Virus record (IMG/VR): IMGVR_UViG_3300034092_004324
Coordinates: 1 to 64,000 of that record
Direction: 5' to 3' (one strand)
DNA from: a virus
Length of the DNA stretch: 64,000 nt
The notes under the pieces are model-generated. The model did not search any database, was not told the DNA's origin, and saw nothing but the letters and a program-made list of their open reading frames with translations. The position numbers and the translations under genes were made by a program. Of the stretch, positions 11,338-21,778 are shown in pieces (within the stretch, counting starts at the first letter, position 1; every line of letters begins with the position of its first letter).

Positions 11338-13579
11338 ATGAACCTCCAGCGCAAGCGGCTGAACCTAATGTATCGACATCTGTAAAGTGGACGGAGATAA
11401 CTTCTTTTGTCCAATCAATAGGTTTTAAAGTTCTTTTTATATCATGATATCTTTTATTCAAATGTACATCTTTTAAACAATATGTCATTTGTAATAAATC
11501 ATTTTTAAAATAATTTTTAGCAAATTTCTTTGCTCTACGAATCCAGTCTTTTTTCAATACTGTTGATGAATTTAAAGGTATAACTATTGATTCATTTAAT
11601 ACGTGGTCACAAGCATCCCATAAATCATCATTAAATGCATGTAACCCATCAACAATCAAACCTGAAGCAAAGATAGAACCAGCACCATATTTTTCAAGAA
11701 TTTCTTGAGCTGTAAATATTTCAACAAAAGGTGCTTGTTTATAATCTTTATCTCCATTGACAGACAATAGAGAAATACCTGCAAAATAATCTTTGTTTTC
11801 ATAAATATAATCTCTTGTTTCATCCCAATTTTCAACATTGATTGTATTTGAAACATTATGTCTAATATATGGTTTTACACATAATTCTACATTTGTTCCT
11901 GGTTCAACCCAATGTTTTTGAACTAATTTAACATATTCTAATTGTTTAATTCCAATTAAATCTTTTTTAGTAATTGAATTTTCTTTTGGTTCAATTGGAA
12001 AAGAAATTACATTGTCTGTTTTATTTGCAGACCAAACTGATTCCTCAACTGCATTTGGATTATACTTTTGAAATATTTGTCCATGTTCTTCAAGTTTATT
12101 TACTTGTACATTTCTAATGTATTTCTTTGAGTGTTCTCCATGTATTCCAGATGCAGTTTCTAAAAGTATTGAAGATGTACCTGCTGGTTTAACACAAGTC
12201 GTTCTTGCAGCAGGATTTATTTTTAAAAGTTTTGCTACTTCAACATTTACTTCTTTGATAATAGAAGCTCCTTTTTCTAAAACTTCAGGATTAAATAGTA
12301 TCTTTGGGTTGTTCATCCAACCAGTTAATGAACATCCTAAAAGAGCTTCTCTTTCAATAATTTGTTTACTTGCTTCAGTTAAATATGGAAAATTAGTATA
12401 TGTTGCTTGAATTGTTCCTAATATAGCAGAAGCTCTACATGCCTGATAAAACTTCTCAGGTGTATTACAAGCTCCTCCATTAATTTCTGTTAAGTTACAA
12501 CATTCCCATCCTGATATACCATCTTCAGTTTTTGGATACATACCTATTTCAACACAAGGGTTGTATAGAATATCTTCATCATCAGACCATATAAATCCAG
12601 GTTCTCCCCATTGTTTAACGGATTCAAATATTTTATCAAATTGTTCTTTACTGGTTTTATTTCTAACTAATAAAACAGAGTTATTACTACGTGCTCTTTG
12701 TGGATTATTAATATACCAATTGCCAGTTTTAGCATTTAGCATTTCCTCGTCATCAGGACTAAATAAACAAATAGTAGCTGAACGTCTAACACCACCAGAT
12801 AGTACTGCATCACTTAAATGCATTACAATATCATAAGCTACAATTGATTTAATTTTATTTTCTCCTTGTTGGTTATTAACTTGACTTTCTAATAGATTAC
12901 TAATTTTAAGCAAGGAGTTTCTCAAACCATCTGGACCTGGTGCTTTAAAACCACCAGTGATGAATGCACCTTTAGGTCTAATTTGAGATAAATCAAAATC
13001 AACTCTATATCCTTGATATTCTGGAAAAGGAGTTTCAAAGTTTTTATTTACAAATGAACTTATTAACACACCTGCAGCATTTGACCATCCTTCAATACTA
13101 TCAGGTACAACAAATACTTTAACACCTTTATTTCTTTGAGTTATTGGTGGTAATTTATTTATATGTTGACGTTGAACTGAAAAGCCAACACCAGCGCCAC
13201 TTAACAACCAATAGAATGCTTCATTAAAAAATGATATTCTATCTGCATAACTTACAGTACAATTATACATTCGAGCATTATGCTTGAATATAGGCTCAAT
13301 AGCCCATTGTAATGCTCGTTGTGAACCAAGAACTAATTTACTTCTATAAGACTCTCCTACCTCATCTAATAAACTCCACATCTTATTTAATGCTTGGTTC
13401 TTCAAATCAAATGGTGCGTCTTTATATTTCTCAGAAATAATTGTGTTAATCTGTTGTTCATGTAAACTCATTACACGAGATACAGCTTCATCCCATGTTT
13501 CGTTTCTTTTCAAATCTGGTATATACTTTGCATATCCACTTTGAAATTTATAATCAGCTAATATTTTACTTAATCCCAT
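11327..13579 (-). CDS. nrdJ: Class II (adenosylcobalamin-dependent) ribonucleotide reductase
   Basis: YNCT, SGGVRRSA, NPCVEI, CNLTEIN, TCVKPAGT, C-terminal CAGGSC; no beta subunit nearby. Confidence 0.9.
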   Translation of the reverse strand: MGLSKILADYKFQSGYAKYIPDLKRNETWDEAVSRVMSLHEQQINTIISEKYKDAPFDLKNQALNKMWSLLDEVGESYRSKLVLGSQRALQWAIEPIFKHNARMYNCTVSYADRISFFNEAFYWLLSGAGVGFSVQRQHINKLPPITQRNKGVKVFVVPDSIEGWSNAAGVLISSFVNKNFETPFPEYQGYRVDFDLSQIRPKGAFITGGFKAPGPDGLRNSLLKISNLLESQVNNQQGENKIKSIVAYDIVMHLSDAVLSGGVRRSATICLFSPDDEEMLNAKTGNWYINNPQRARSNNSVLLVRNKTSKEQFDKIFESVKQWGEPGFIWSDDEDILYNPCVEIGMYPKTEDGISGWECCNLTEINGGACNTPEKFYQACRASAILGTIQATYTNFPYLTEASKQIIEREALLGCSLTGWMNNPKILFNPEVLEKGASIIKEVNVEVAKLLKINPAARTTCVKPAGTSSILLETASGIHGEHSKKYIRNVQVNKLEEHGQIFQKYNPNAVEESVWSANKTDNVISFPIEPKENSITKKDLIGIKQLEYVKLVQKHWVEPGTNVELCVKPYIRHNVSNTINVENWDETRDYIYENKDYFAGISLLSVNGDKDYKQAPFVEIFTAQEILEKYGAGSIFASGLIVDGLHAFNDDLWDACDHVLNESIVIPLNSSTVLKKDWIRRAKKFAKNYFKNDLLQMTYCLKDVHLNKRYHDIKRTLKPIDWTKEVISVHFTDVDTLGSAACAGGSCEI

Positions 13580-14151
13580 ATCTGTTTTTCTTTTTTAGTT
13601 ACATTTTTAATCATTTTACTTGCATCAAATATCTCTATTTGATAATCTAATAAAGAACCAAGTTCTTGTTCTCTTGGTATCTTAACTTTTAATCTATCTT
13701 CAAGTTCTAAAAATCCTTCTTCAATCTTATATAAGACTTGTGCTATTTTGGAAGTAGTATTTTGTTTATGAAATCTTAATATTTTTTCTTTATATGTTTC
13801 ATTTAATTTTGAAAATTTACTTTTTTTAAACATTTCATATGAATGTCGATGAATATCTGGAACGTTAAATACATACATTCTATATTTTTCATCAATATCA
13901 TAACATAAAGAAAAATCATTTAGATTCATTATCCAATTATGTAGAGTATCATACCAGGGCTTATTTAACTTCTCAGTAAATAAGAATATATGATTATCTA
14001 AATGTGGTTGTTTTTTATCTCCAATAAACACATCAATTAATATACTATCTCTGCTATTACCTAATAATTCTTGTTTATCTATAATCATCGGTAATAAATA
14101 TGTATATGATCTATTTAATGTATAATCTTGCTTTTTTAATTTGTAATACAT
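13570..14151 (-). CDS. Hypothetical protein in replication module
   Basis: 193-aa ORF overlapping the nrdJ start. Confidence 0.7.
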   Translation of the reverse strand: MYYKLKKQDYTLNRSYTYLLPMIIDKQELLGNSRDSILIDVFIGDKKQPHLDNHIFLFTEKLNKPWYDTLHNWIMNLNDFSLCYDIDEKYRMYVFNVPDIHRHSYEMFKKSKFSKLNETYKEKILRFHKQNTTSKIAQVLYKIEEGFLELEDRLKVKIPREQELGSLLDYQIEIFDASKMIKNVTKKEKQIWD

Positions 14152-14165
14152 TGCTTTTATTTTGG

Positions 14166-14915
14166 TTATAACTCTAACTCTCTGATATCTTCATCTCTTA
14201 AATTAAACTCAGGTAGTTCTAAAGTTGCACCAGTAACATTCAATATATCATTTTCTTCTTTTAATAAATATACTAATCGAAAGTTGAGATAAAACTTAAT
14301 GATACCTTCGTTTAATCCAAAGTATTCAATAAACTTATTTAATACTGTCGTCCTTAATTCTTCTATCGTCGTTTTATCCTTAAACCATTTTTCTACTGTC
14401 TTTTCACCAACACCATAAATTCCTTGAATTTTATCAGTAGCATCACCACAAGCAGTTTGAGTAAACAAAAATCTATTTGCTTCATCTTGAGTGTTTTCAA
14501 CAAATTTACATTTTAAATAATCATAATGTTTACCGACATTTTGTTTTAACACATCTTTATCTGTACTTGCTATAATAACTTCTTCATTAAAGAACTTATT
14601 TCTATTATGATAGAAGTAACTTACAATATCATCTGCTTCAAATTTTGAATGCCAATATGAATTGTAATTTTGTTTTAAATACTCCCTTAATGCATAATAT
14701 ATAGGTGGTTTTGACTTAGTTCTATTGTTTTTGTAATTTGGAAAAATATCATATCTGAAATTTTTACCTTCTGTAAAAACTAATAAAAATCTATCAGCAT
14801 TACAAACTGTAACTATCTCATTTATGTGACTTTTCATTTTTTGCAAAGCTCCCTCATATGTATCACTTTTCATGTGTATATAAGGTAAACTATCTGCATC
14901 AATTAATACTATCAT
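14166..14915 (-). CDS. 5'-3' exonuclease / flap endonuclease
   Basis: LIDADS, FRYDIFPNYKNNR, EADD, STDKD, GDATDKIQGIYGVGEKT. Confidence 0.9.
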   Translation of the reverse strand: MIVLIDADSLPYIHMKSDTYEGALQKMKSHINEIVTVCNADRFLLVFTEGKNFRYDIFPNYKNNRTKSKPPIYYALREYLKQNYNSYWHSKFEADDIVSYFYHNRNKFFNEEVIIASTDKDVLKQNVGKHYDYLKCKFVENTQDEANRFLFTQTACGDATDKIQGIYGVGEKTVEKWFKDKTTIEELRTTVLNKFIEYFGLNEGIIKFYLNFRLVYLLKEENDILNVTGATLELPEFNLRDEDIRELEL

Positions 14916-15360
14916 CTTTTCTAACTTTTAATGATTTCATATCTCTTTCTAATTTAAGTTCTCTGTCTGTTAAATAATGTTTAATTAAGTCATAAAATAA
15001 TTCTTTTTTAACTGTTACAAATTCTCCTTGATTAATGAATTTAGTGTTTACTTTTTTAGTTTTCTTAGTTATAATTGCTAAATGCTCTGGATATCCATCT
15101 GTATTTAACCTATCAAAATCATCAAATATATCTTCATATTTAATATTCGTTGTTGTAGTTTTACATTGAAATCCAATTAAAGCATCATAATTATTTGATC
15201 GTACAGTTTTATCTTTTACATCAAAAATTATATCTACTTTTTTATTATCTAAATCTCTTGATGCTAATCTTGTTGTAATTGTTTTTATTCCTGTACGGCT
15301 TTCAATTTCATTTCTGATTGTTCTTTCGTAGTTGTGTCCTGCTGTTCTGTTATTTCGCAT
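14899..15360 (-). CDS. PD-(D/E)xK nuclease, Holliday-junction-resolvase-like
   Basis: GHNYER..I, DNKKVDI, FQCK motifs. Confidence 0.7.
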   Translation of the reverse strand: MRNNRTAGHNYERTIRNEIESRTGIKTITTRLASRDLDNKKVDIIFDVKDKTVRSNNYDALIGFQCKTTTTNIKYEDIFDDFDRLNTDGYPEHLAIITKKTKKVNTKFINQGEFVTVKKELFYDLIKHYLTDRELKLERDMKSLKVRKDDSIN

Positions 15361-16250
15361 ATATAAGTATTTAATTTTTCTTTTGAAGTACCTTCTAATA
15401 AATTTAAAAAAGTTGCTACTCCATAATTATTGTGAATATCTGATGGACTATATCTTTTTTCACTATCATATTCTTTTTTATAAAGTTTTTTTTGCTTAAT
15501 TATTTTATTATCAAGTAACAAACTTAAAGTAGTAAATAGTGTATATTTTAATTTCATTTCAGGTGGATTATGTGTTTCATAAGTAGTATTTATTAATCTA
15601 TATCCTCTGAATTTATCATGTAACCATGCAAGTCTACTTGAATAATCTGAAGTTTTAGTTGGAGATAATACTGTAAATAAATTTATAATTTCATCATAAT
15701 CATGCTGATAGAATGCATTTTTTATTTTTTCATAAACATCACTTAATTTTAAAGAATTAGTTGGCATTTTATAATTTGTTAATTCTATACACAACCTAAT
15801 CATATTATTTAAACCTGATATTAAATAAGGTTCTTCATACCAGAATTTATTAAAACTGCATTCTAATTTTGAATCATCAGTTATTCTAAATTCACTTCTT
15901 TGTATTTTTAATTTATCTTCTAAGCTGTGTACAAACTCAATAATTTTTTTTGAAATGTTATTTGGTAATTTATTTGAACCATTATAATATAATAATACCA
16001 CAATATCTTTGTCAGTTTTTAAACTATAATTTGAGTCACTTGTATTAAGTCCATGAATTGATATAGATTTTTTATTATACTCTGTAAGTAATAAATCATT
16101 TATATAATCTTTACATGTCATTTTTAATTCAAGACAAGATAAATCTTTTTTATTTGCAATTTGATAAGCTAAATCTGCTTGATTATTCATTTGATTTAAG
16201 GACTGTTTTGTAGCTGATGTATTATCTGTATAGATTATTTTTTCCACCAT
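15285..16250 (-). CDS. Hypothetical protein
   Basis: 321-aa ORF. Confidence 0.7.
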   Translation of the reverse strand: MVEKIIYTDNTSATKQSLNQMNNQADLAYQIANKKDLSCLELKMTCKDYINDLLLTEYNKKSISIHGLNTSDSNYSLKTDKDIVVLLYYNGSNKLPNNISKKIIEFVHSLEDKLKIQRSEFRITDDSKLECSFNKFWYEEPYLISGLNNMIRLCIELTNYKMPTNSLKLSDVYEKIKNAFYQHDYDEIINLFTVLSPTKTSDYSSRLAWLHDKFRGYRLINTTYETHNPPEMKLKYTLFTTLSLLLDNKIIKQKKLYKKEYDSEKRYSPSDIHNNYGVATFLNLLEGTSKEKLNTYICEITEQQDTTTKEQSEMKLKAVQE

Positions 16251-16984
16251 GATATAGGTATTTTTTGTTGGGTTATCAATATTTCGTTAATTAACTTAAA
16301 ATGATTACATCCAAAGAATCCTCGATGAGCACTTAAAGGTGATGGATGTGGAGAAGTTAATATATGATTTCTATCTTTATCAATAAATTCTATATATTTT
16401 AAAGCATTGCTGCCCCATAAAACATATATTACATTTTCTTTTTTTCTAAGTTCTTCAAATACTACTTTTGTAAAATTTTCCCAATATTTCACATGAGAAT
16501 TTGGCTTATTATCAACAACAGTTAATGCTGTATTTAATAATAGTACACCTTGATATGCCCAACTTTTCAAAGTGTAATCAAAATCCAATATCAAAGTATC
16601 ATGTTCATTTTGCAACTCCTTAACGATATTTTTTAAAGAAGCTGGTACAGCGAATGTATCTTCTGGAATTCCAAAAGCTAATCCAGTTGCAAAAGGTTTT
16701 ACTACATTAAGTTTACCAACTGGAACATATGATGTATAATATGGATCTTGTCCTAATATAACTACATTTGTAAAATCATATGGTGTTAATTTAAAAGCTT
16801 CAAATGTGTTTTGCCAATAGGGAAATACCTTATATCTCTTTTTATCTTCTAAAATCTCTTTAAAGTTATTTGTCATTTCTTTTGAACTCAAATATGGACC
16901 AAGTTTATTTAACCAAGATTCATGCATCATTGGTTTAAACTTTTCATTAATATTTGAGTTTTCAAACAGGTTGAGCTGAGTCAT
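16235..16984 (-). CDS. ung: Uracil-DNA glycosylase (family 1)
   Basis: VVILGQDPY, GVLLLNTALTV, HPSPLSAHRGFFGCNHF. Confidence 0.95.
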   Translation of the reverse strand: MTQLNLFENSNINEKFKPMMHESWLNKLGPYLSSKEMTNNFKEILEDKKRYKVFPYWQNTFEAFKLTPYDFTNVVILGQDPYYTSYVPVGKLNVVKPFATGLAFGIPEDTFAVPASLKNIVKELQNEHDTLILDFDYTLKSWAYQGVLLLNTALTVVDNKPNSHVKYWENFTKVVFEELRKKENVIYVLWGSNALKYIEFIDKDRNHILTSPHPSPLSAHRGFFGCNHFKLINEILITQQKIPISWWKK

Positions 16985-18053
16985 TTTTTTTTAAAATTTC
17001 ATTTATATAATTATAAGTTTTTTCTCTTCCATGTTCCAAAACATATCCTTTTAAATCTTTTTCTTTTTCTGGAAATAATAAGTAATTTAAATTCATATGA
17101 TCGTCGTATTGTTCAATAATTCTTGACATTGATTTATATCCTGTTGGATCTGGATCATAATTTAAAAATACATCTTTATCTTTTAGAAATTTAAAAATCT
17201 TTTCTGGAAATTTAGTTACATGTTCAGATGCTGGTGATAAAGCTCTAAAACCAAATGAACCCCATATTTCAGCATCAATTGGTGATTTAGTTATAATTAC
17301 AGGATTTGTGCTTTTTGAAAAATTATCATACCACATATCAAATGTTACATTTTTTCTATGTTTAATTATCTTTCCATTTTTATCCAAAGTTTTATTGAAT
17401 GGTAAATATATATGAAAATGTTCAGGTGAATATTGAAATACAAAAACAGGATTTGTTCCATCAACTGAACGCAACTGTTTTGTGAATTTTTTTTCATTAT
17501 TTTCATCGTAATACTCAAATGTAACATTATAAGCAGTTTTTACAGCATTTTTAATTTTTCTATAATAAGCATCTCCAAGTAACTTTATTAAATAAAGTTC
17601 TTCAGTAGTATTATGTAATAATCTACAAGTAGGAATTATTTTTAATTTAAACTTCTTATTTGATATTGAAGGTTTATCTTCTTTATCTTCATTTATACTT
17701 TTAATTAATTTTAAATTAGTAGTATTGATTTGAAAAGATCTTTCAATGTATTTTAATACTTCAAAAAATGTATAAACTCTATCGTGCTTATGTTCATAAT
17801 AATTCTTTGCCATTTGGAAACAATCACCAGAATATTTATCATCAGCAAAATCTTTAAAAATTAATACATTATCATTGTTATAATAAAATTTACATCCTGG
17901 ATTTCTATCAATTCCTACTTTCCTATAAGGATTTACATATTGCTTTGATATTTCAATTACTTTTGGAAAGTATCTTTGCATTATTTCTTCTTGCTTAACT
18001 TTTTTAAGCAAAGAATCTTTTAATGAAACTTCCGCTTTGTTATTTATCACCAT
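16962..18053 (-). CDS. DNA primase (crAss-type, TOPRIM)
   Basis: N-terminal NPYR..D..PGC..FKDF..GDCF; TOPRIM-like IITKSPIDA and LNYDPDPTG; KDLKGY. Confidence 0.8.
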   Translation of the reverse strand: MVINNKAEVSLKDSLLKKVKQEEIMQRYFPKVIEISKQYVNPYRKVGIDRNPGCKFYYNNDNVLIFKDFADDKYSGDCFQMAKNYYEHKHDRVYTFFEVLKYIERSFQINTTNLKLIKSINEDKEDKPSISNKKFKLKIIPTCRLLHNTTEELYLIKLLGDAYYRKIKNAVKTAYNVTFEYYDENNEKKFTKQLRSVDGTNPVFVFQYSPEHFHIYLPFNKTLDKNGKIIKHRKNVTFDMWYDNFSKSTNPVIITKSPIDAEIWGSFGFRALSPASEHVTKFPEKIFKFLKDKDVFLNYDPDPTGYKSMSRIIEQYDDHMNLNYLLFPEKEKDLKGYVLEHGREKTYNYINEILKKNDSAQPV

Positions 18054-18072
18054 GTTATTGTTTGTTTTTTTG

Positions 18073-18131
18073 TTTCTGGCTTTGGAGTCGAACCAAAGAC
18101 CTCAATGCATACTACCTTTATACGACCAGAA
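18073..18131 (-). ncRNA. tRNA-like RNA lacking the anticodon arm
   Basis: Acceptor UUCUGGU/GCCAGAA, D arm GUAU-AAAGGUAGU-AUGC, ~9-nt linker, T arm UUUGG-UUCGACU-CCAAA. Confidence 0.65.
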
Positions 18132-18140
18132 GCCGTTAAA

Positions 18141-18947
18141 TTAGATGCTCAAATCATCCTCAGTCAAATCATTTAAAACATCATCTAAATTAGACGCTTT
18201 AAATTCTTTTGACATGGAAGGTTTTCCACTTGCATATTCTTCTAAATTAATAGTATAGTAATCTACTTTAAATTCTGTATATGGTTGTGAAAGGAACCTT
18301 TCGATAATTTTAGTACCGTTTGATTCTTCTCTTAGAAACTTATGCTTGTAAACTTCTTGATACTCTTTACCATTTACAACTTTAACACCAAGTAAAACTT
18401 TAATTCCTCTTTTAAAATGATCATTAATAGAAACAAGTTCGGAAACGTTTCCATTTATAATTGCATTAATATCAGAAAATTCAAAGTCTAAATCTTCAGC
18501 ATTTAAATCAGCATTCACTAAGTTACTAACAAAGTTATATAAAATATCTTCACCTTCTTTACAATATCTAACATTGTCGGTGCTGAACCATTTCATTTTT
18601 TCATTTTGCTTAACAGCATCAATGCTTTCAGCAATAGTAGTTTGCAGCTTATTGTTAATCAATAGTTTCTTACCATTTTTGTAAGTTATTTCTTGATTAG
18701 ACATAAAAACTGAAAACTTAGTTAAAATGTTCAGATCTTCATTTCTCAACCAGAAATCAATCCTTGTTGTTGGATTACCATCTCTATTTGTTTGTGAATA
18801 TGATACTTCTTTAACTTCATCGTTGTTTAATAGTTGTCTTAATTCTTGTGTAGTTGGATTGATTGCTACTACTTTAACTGGTGCTAAACCTGTATATAAT
18901 TTTTTGTTCGTAATAGTTGCTTGTTTCGTGTTTAAAATATTGCTCAT
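18141..18947 (-). CDS. Putative single-stranded DNA-binding protein
   Basis: Lies between AAA ATPase and primase; acidic C-terminal tail DDVLNDLTEDDLSI. Confidence 0.55.
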   Translation of the reverse strand: MSNILNTKQATITNKKLYTGLAPVKVVAINPTTQELRQLLNNDEVKEVSYSQTNRDGNPTTRIDFWLRNEDLNILTKFSVFMSNQEITYKNGKKLLINNKLQTTIAESIDAVKQNEKMKWFSTDNVRYCKEGEDILYNFVSNLVNADLNAEDLDFEFSDINAIINGNVSELVSINDHFKRGIKVLLGVKVVNGKEYQEVYKHKFLREESNGTKIIERFLSQPYTEFKVDYYTINLEEYASGKPSMSKEFKASNLDDVLNDLTEDDLSI

Positions 18948-18961
18948 GTTTCTTTTGTTGT

Positions 18962-19687
18962 TTATTTGTTTAACTCTTTATAGATTTTTTCCCAATGAAC
19001 TCTAAGTTCATCATTTTCTAATTCACTTATAATAACATCTTGTCCTCTTAGATGATTAGATCTTGAACCACATATTACGTTTTCTGAGTTTTTAAATGTA
19101 AATATAACATTGTTATTTTCTCTATACGCATACGCAATTGAATCAACATAACCTCCTAAAATAGAACTTAATTTACCTGTTAAATCAATATCTTTTGCAG
19201 ATACTTCTTTACCTTTAAAATCAACTAATTTCTCTCGTAAATGTCCTACGAGGATTAAACCCTTCTTTGGTAATTTTTCAAGTGCTTTAATTACTTTCAT
19301 GAATGCTTCTCTGTGATATAGGTATCCTGCACCATTGGGTAATTTAAAAACATTATCACCATCAAAGTTTTTACCTATTGGTGTTTCTTTATAAAGTTTA
19401 CACGCATAAGGCATGACTAAATCTTCAAGAGCACTAATAGTGTCTATTGTAATATAGTCATATTCAACTTCCTTTTTTTTCAATTCTTTAATTATATCAA
19501 ACAGTTCATTTATTGTTTCTGCTTTAATTTTTAAAGCATCTACGTAATTTGTACCGTCTTCTAAATCAATTATCAAGTTATTTGGAAGTTGAGATAATAA
19601 TGTAGTCTTTCCAACTTTAGGAAGACTATAAATTAAAAGTTTCTTTGGATCTTCTGTTTCAGCTTTTATAATCTCTTTTGGTAACAT
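18962..19687 (-). CDS. AAA ATPase (Sak4/AAA_24-like recombinase)
   Basis: Walker A variant SLPKVGKTT, IIDLEDG, Walker B ITIDT. Confidence 0.85.
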   Translation of the reverse strand: MLPKEIIKAETEDPKKLLIYSLPKVGKTTLLSQLPNNLIIDLEDGTNYVDALKIKAETINELFDIIKELKKKEVEYDYITIDTISALEDLVMPYACKLYKETPIGKNFDGDNVFKLPNGAGYLYHREAFMKVIKALEKLPKKGLILVGHLREKLVDFKGKEVSAKDIDLTGKLSSILGGYVDSIAYAYRENNNVIFTFKNSENVICGSRSNHLRGQDVIISELENDELRVHWEKIYKELNK

Positions 19688-19692
19688 AATTT

Positions 19693-20802
19693 TTAATTAT
19701 AATATTTTTCTAATTTCTCTAAGTCATTTGATTTTGGTAACTCTTCAAAATAATTACTTTCTCCTCTAAAATATAAACCGATTCGTACATTTGAAACACC
19801 TTGTCTAAATTTTAGAATATTTAAGGAACGATAATTATCTCTTAATTTCTCAATATCATATTTCGCATGAGTTTTTAAATCATGTCTGTTAGGAGCAAAT
19901 AAACCTAATACTACGTCAGCATCACGTTGTGTAAGTTTATTATCAGCAAGACCATTCAAAGAAGGTTCTAATTTCGATAATTTAATGTTCTCAATACCTT
20001 CTTGTGAAGCAGCTTGCTGTTGTACATTTATAACTGTGTAATTAAATCTTTTTACCATCTTTAAACAATATTCAGAGCTAAATTTACCCATTGTTTGGTG
20101 TAAATCTTCTTTTTGTTCTGGATGTAATAAACTAATATGGTCAGTTATAACAATAACATATTCATCTGGATTATTAGGTGTATAACCTGTAATTATATTT
20201 TTTAATTCTTCTTTCTTTTCACCATTTTTATCTCGATAAATAACTTTTTCGTGTCCTCTATGAAATGTTCCATTTTGCTCAGCATATGTTTCCATATACT
20301 TGAAAATTCCAGTAGGATTATATATGTGATCTATAATTGTTACAATCTCTTCAAAATCTTTAAAGTAATCTCTTGCATCCTCAATCATATTAACAATTTC
20401 ATTGCTAATATTAACTCCTTTTAAATATGATTCAAGTTCTAATGGAGAATATTGTTTTCCATACTTTTCAAATATATAATTTGAAATCATACTTAAAATA
20501 AAAGCTTGTTTTGATTCCTCTAATGCAAAATAAAATATTTTAAGCTTGAATTTAGGATTTTTGTTTTCCTTATAAAACTTAAAAGGACTGTTAACAAATA
20601 GATGTTTAGTTATTTGAGTTTTACCAACACCGCTTGATGCTGTAACAATGTAATACAAACCTTGTATAATTCCTGGTAAAATTTGCTCAAATCTTGGTAA
20701 TCCTAATGGAATACAAGTGAAACCATTTTTTTCACGAACTTCTTTGTTCTTTTTAATTTTAGCTAATACTTCATCAAATATTAATTTAGATGTCTTCTCC
20801 AT
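19693..20802 (-). CDS. dnaB: DnaB-like SF4 replicative helicase
   Basis: ASSGVGKT, FALEES, ITDHISLL, VQQQ, QRDADVVLGL, LKFRQG. Confidence 0.85.
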   Translation of the reverse strand: MEKTSKLIFDEVLAKIKKNKEVREKNGFTCIPLGLPRFEQILPGIIQGLYYIVTASSGVGKTQITKHLFVNSPFKFYKENKNPKFKLKIFYFALEESKQAFILSMISNYIFEKYGKQYSPLELESYLKGVNISNEIVNMIEDARDYFKDFEEIVTIIDHIYNPTGIFKYMETYAEQNGTFHRGHEKVIYRDKNGEKKEELKNIITGYTPNNPDEYVIVITDHISLLHPEQKEDLHQTMGKFSSEYCLKMVKRFNYTVINVQQQAASQEGIENIKLSKLEPSLNGLADNKLTQRDADVVLGLFAPNRHDLKTHAKYDIEKLRDNYRSLNILKFRQGVSNVRIGLYFRGESNYFEELPKSNDLEKLEKYYN

Positions 20803-21304
20803 AATCTTTGTAAATTTCTTTTTCTCCTTTTAATACCATAAGACATTCTTTTTCAAGTACAGAACCTTCTCTGTCATTTATGAATTTATAATTCTTCTTT
20901 GTGTATTTCCAACCTTGATGTTCTTGTCTATTCAAATAATTTGCAGTTGCTTGGAATATAATCTCTTTATTAAATTGAGGATAATTCAATAAAAAAGTAA
21001 ACATTCTCTTTTCGCATTCTTTTGTGTTTGCTGAAATGTGATATGTTAAACCTGTCACACTCATTGTTGGAAATAAATCTACCCATTCTTGAATCCAATC
21101 TACTTTTGTTGAAAATAATCTCTCTCTAAATGGGTGAATAACATTGCATTTTTCATCTAACCAATTTTTAAGTTGAAGTTGTTTTATATTAGCTGTATTA
21201 TCAAAATCATGTTCAATGTTATAAAACAATAAATATAATGTTACATATTGGTTAGGTGTTAAGTTTAAATCTTTTATTAGTTCTAAATCTACTATTATCT
21301 TCAT
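20786..21304 (-). CDS. Hypothetical replication-associated protein
   Basis: 172-aa ORF overlapping the helicase start. Confidence 0.65.
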   Translation of the reverse strand: MKIIVDLELIKDLNLTPNQYVTLYLLFYNIEHDFDNTANIKQLQLKNWLDEKCNVIHPFRERLFSTKVDWIQEWVDLFPTMSVTGLTYHISANTKECEKRMFTFLLNYPQFNKEIIFQATANYLNRQEHQGWKYTKKNYKFINDREGSVLEKECLMVLKGEKEIYKDYGEDI

Positions 21305-21461
21305 GCTTACATTTTTTCATTTTGTTTTCTTCTATGTTAAAAATTTCTCCAGTGTCTAAGCACTTATTACATTTAATTTTCTTAATTTTATAATGTTCTA
21401 AAAGTTCATCTATTGTCTCCATATTATTTAAAGTTAAAATCAGTAATTGTAATTTTATCAT
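21252..21461 (-). CDS. Small Zn-ribbon protein
   Basis: CNKCLDTG...CKH; start probably at METID. Confidence 0.55.
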   Translation of the reverse strand: MIKLQLLILTLNNMETIDELLEHYKIKKIKCNKCLDTGEIFNIEENKMKKCKHEDNSRFRTNKRFKLNT

Positions 21462-21633
21462 TCTTAAGTCTCATTTTAAACTCTTCAATACTAATATTTT
21501 GATTTGTTTTTTCATTATACTCTTCTACAGCCATTGTTTGATTTTTAATATCATTTGGATGATTAGAATCAAATATTTGATTCAATCTTGTCATAAAAAA
21601 TCCTGGTTTAGTCATGATTTTTGCATTTTTCAC
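21424..21633 (-). CDS. Hypothetical protein
   Basis: Short ORF in operon. Confidence 0.55.
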   Translation of the reverse strand: MKNAKIMTKPGFFMTRLNQIFDSNHPNDIKNQTMAVEEYNEKTNQNISIEEFKMRLKNDKITITDFNFK

Positions 21634-21775
21634 AATATTGTGGTTCTAATTTTATTTCATTTCTAATTGCCATATATTCTTGTTTTGTAAACTCTCTTCC
21701 AGTTTTAATAATAACAGAACAATTAGAACATAAAAGAGCACCTAATCCACCATTGTATTTAAATGTTGCATTCAT
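21608..21775 (-). CDS. Small Zn-finger protein, 55 aa (not in ORF track)
   Basis: MNATFKYNGGLGALLCSNCSVIIKTG...YCEKCKNHD*; two CxxC pairs. Confidence 0.65.
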   Translation of the reverse strand: MNATFKYNGGLGALLCSNCSVIIKTGREFTKQEYMAIRNEIKLEPQYCEKCKNHD

Positions 21776-21778
21776 TTA

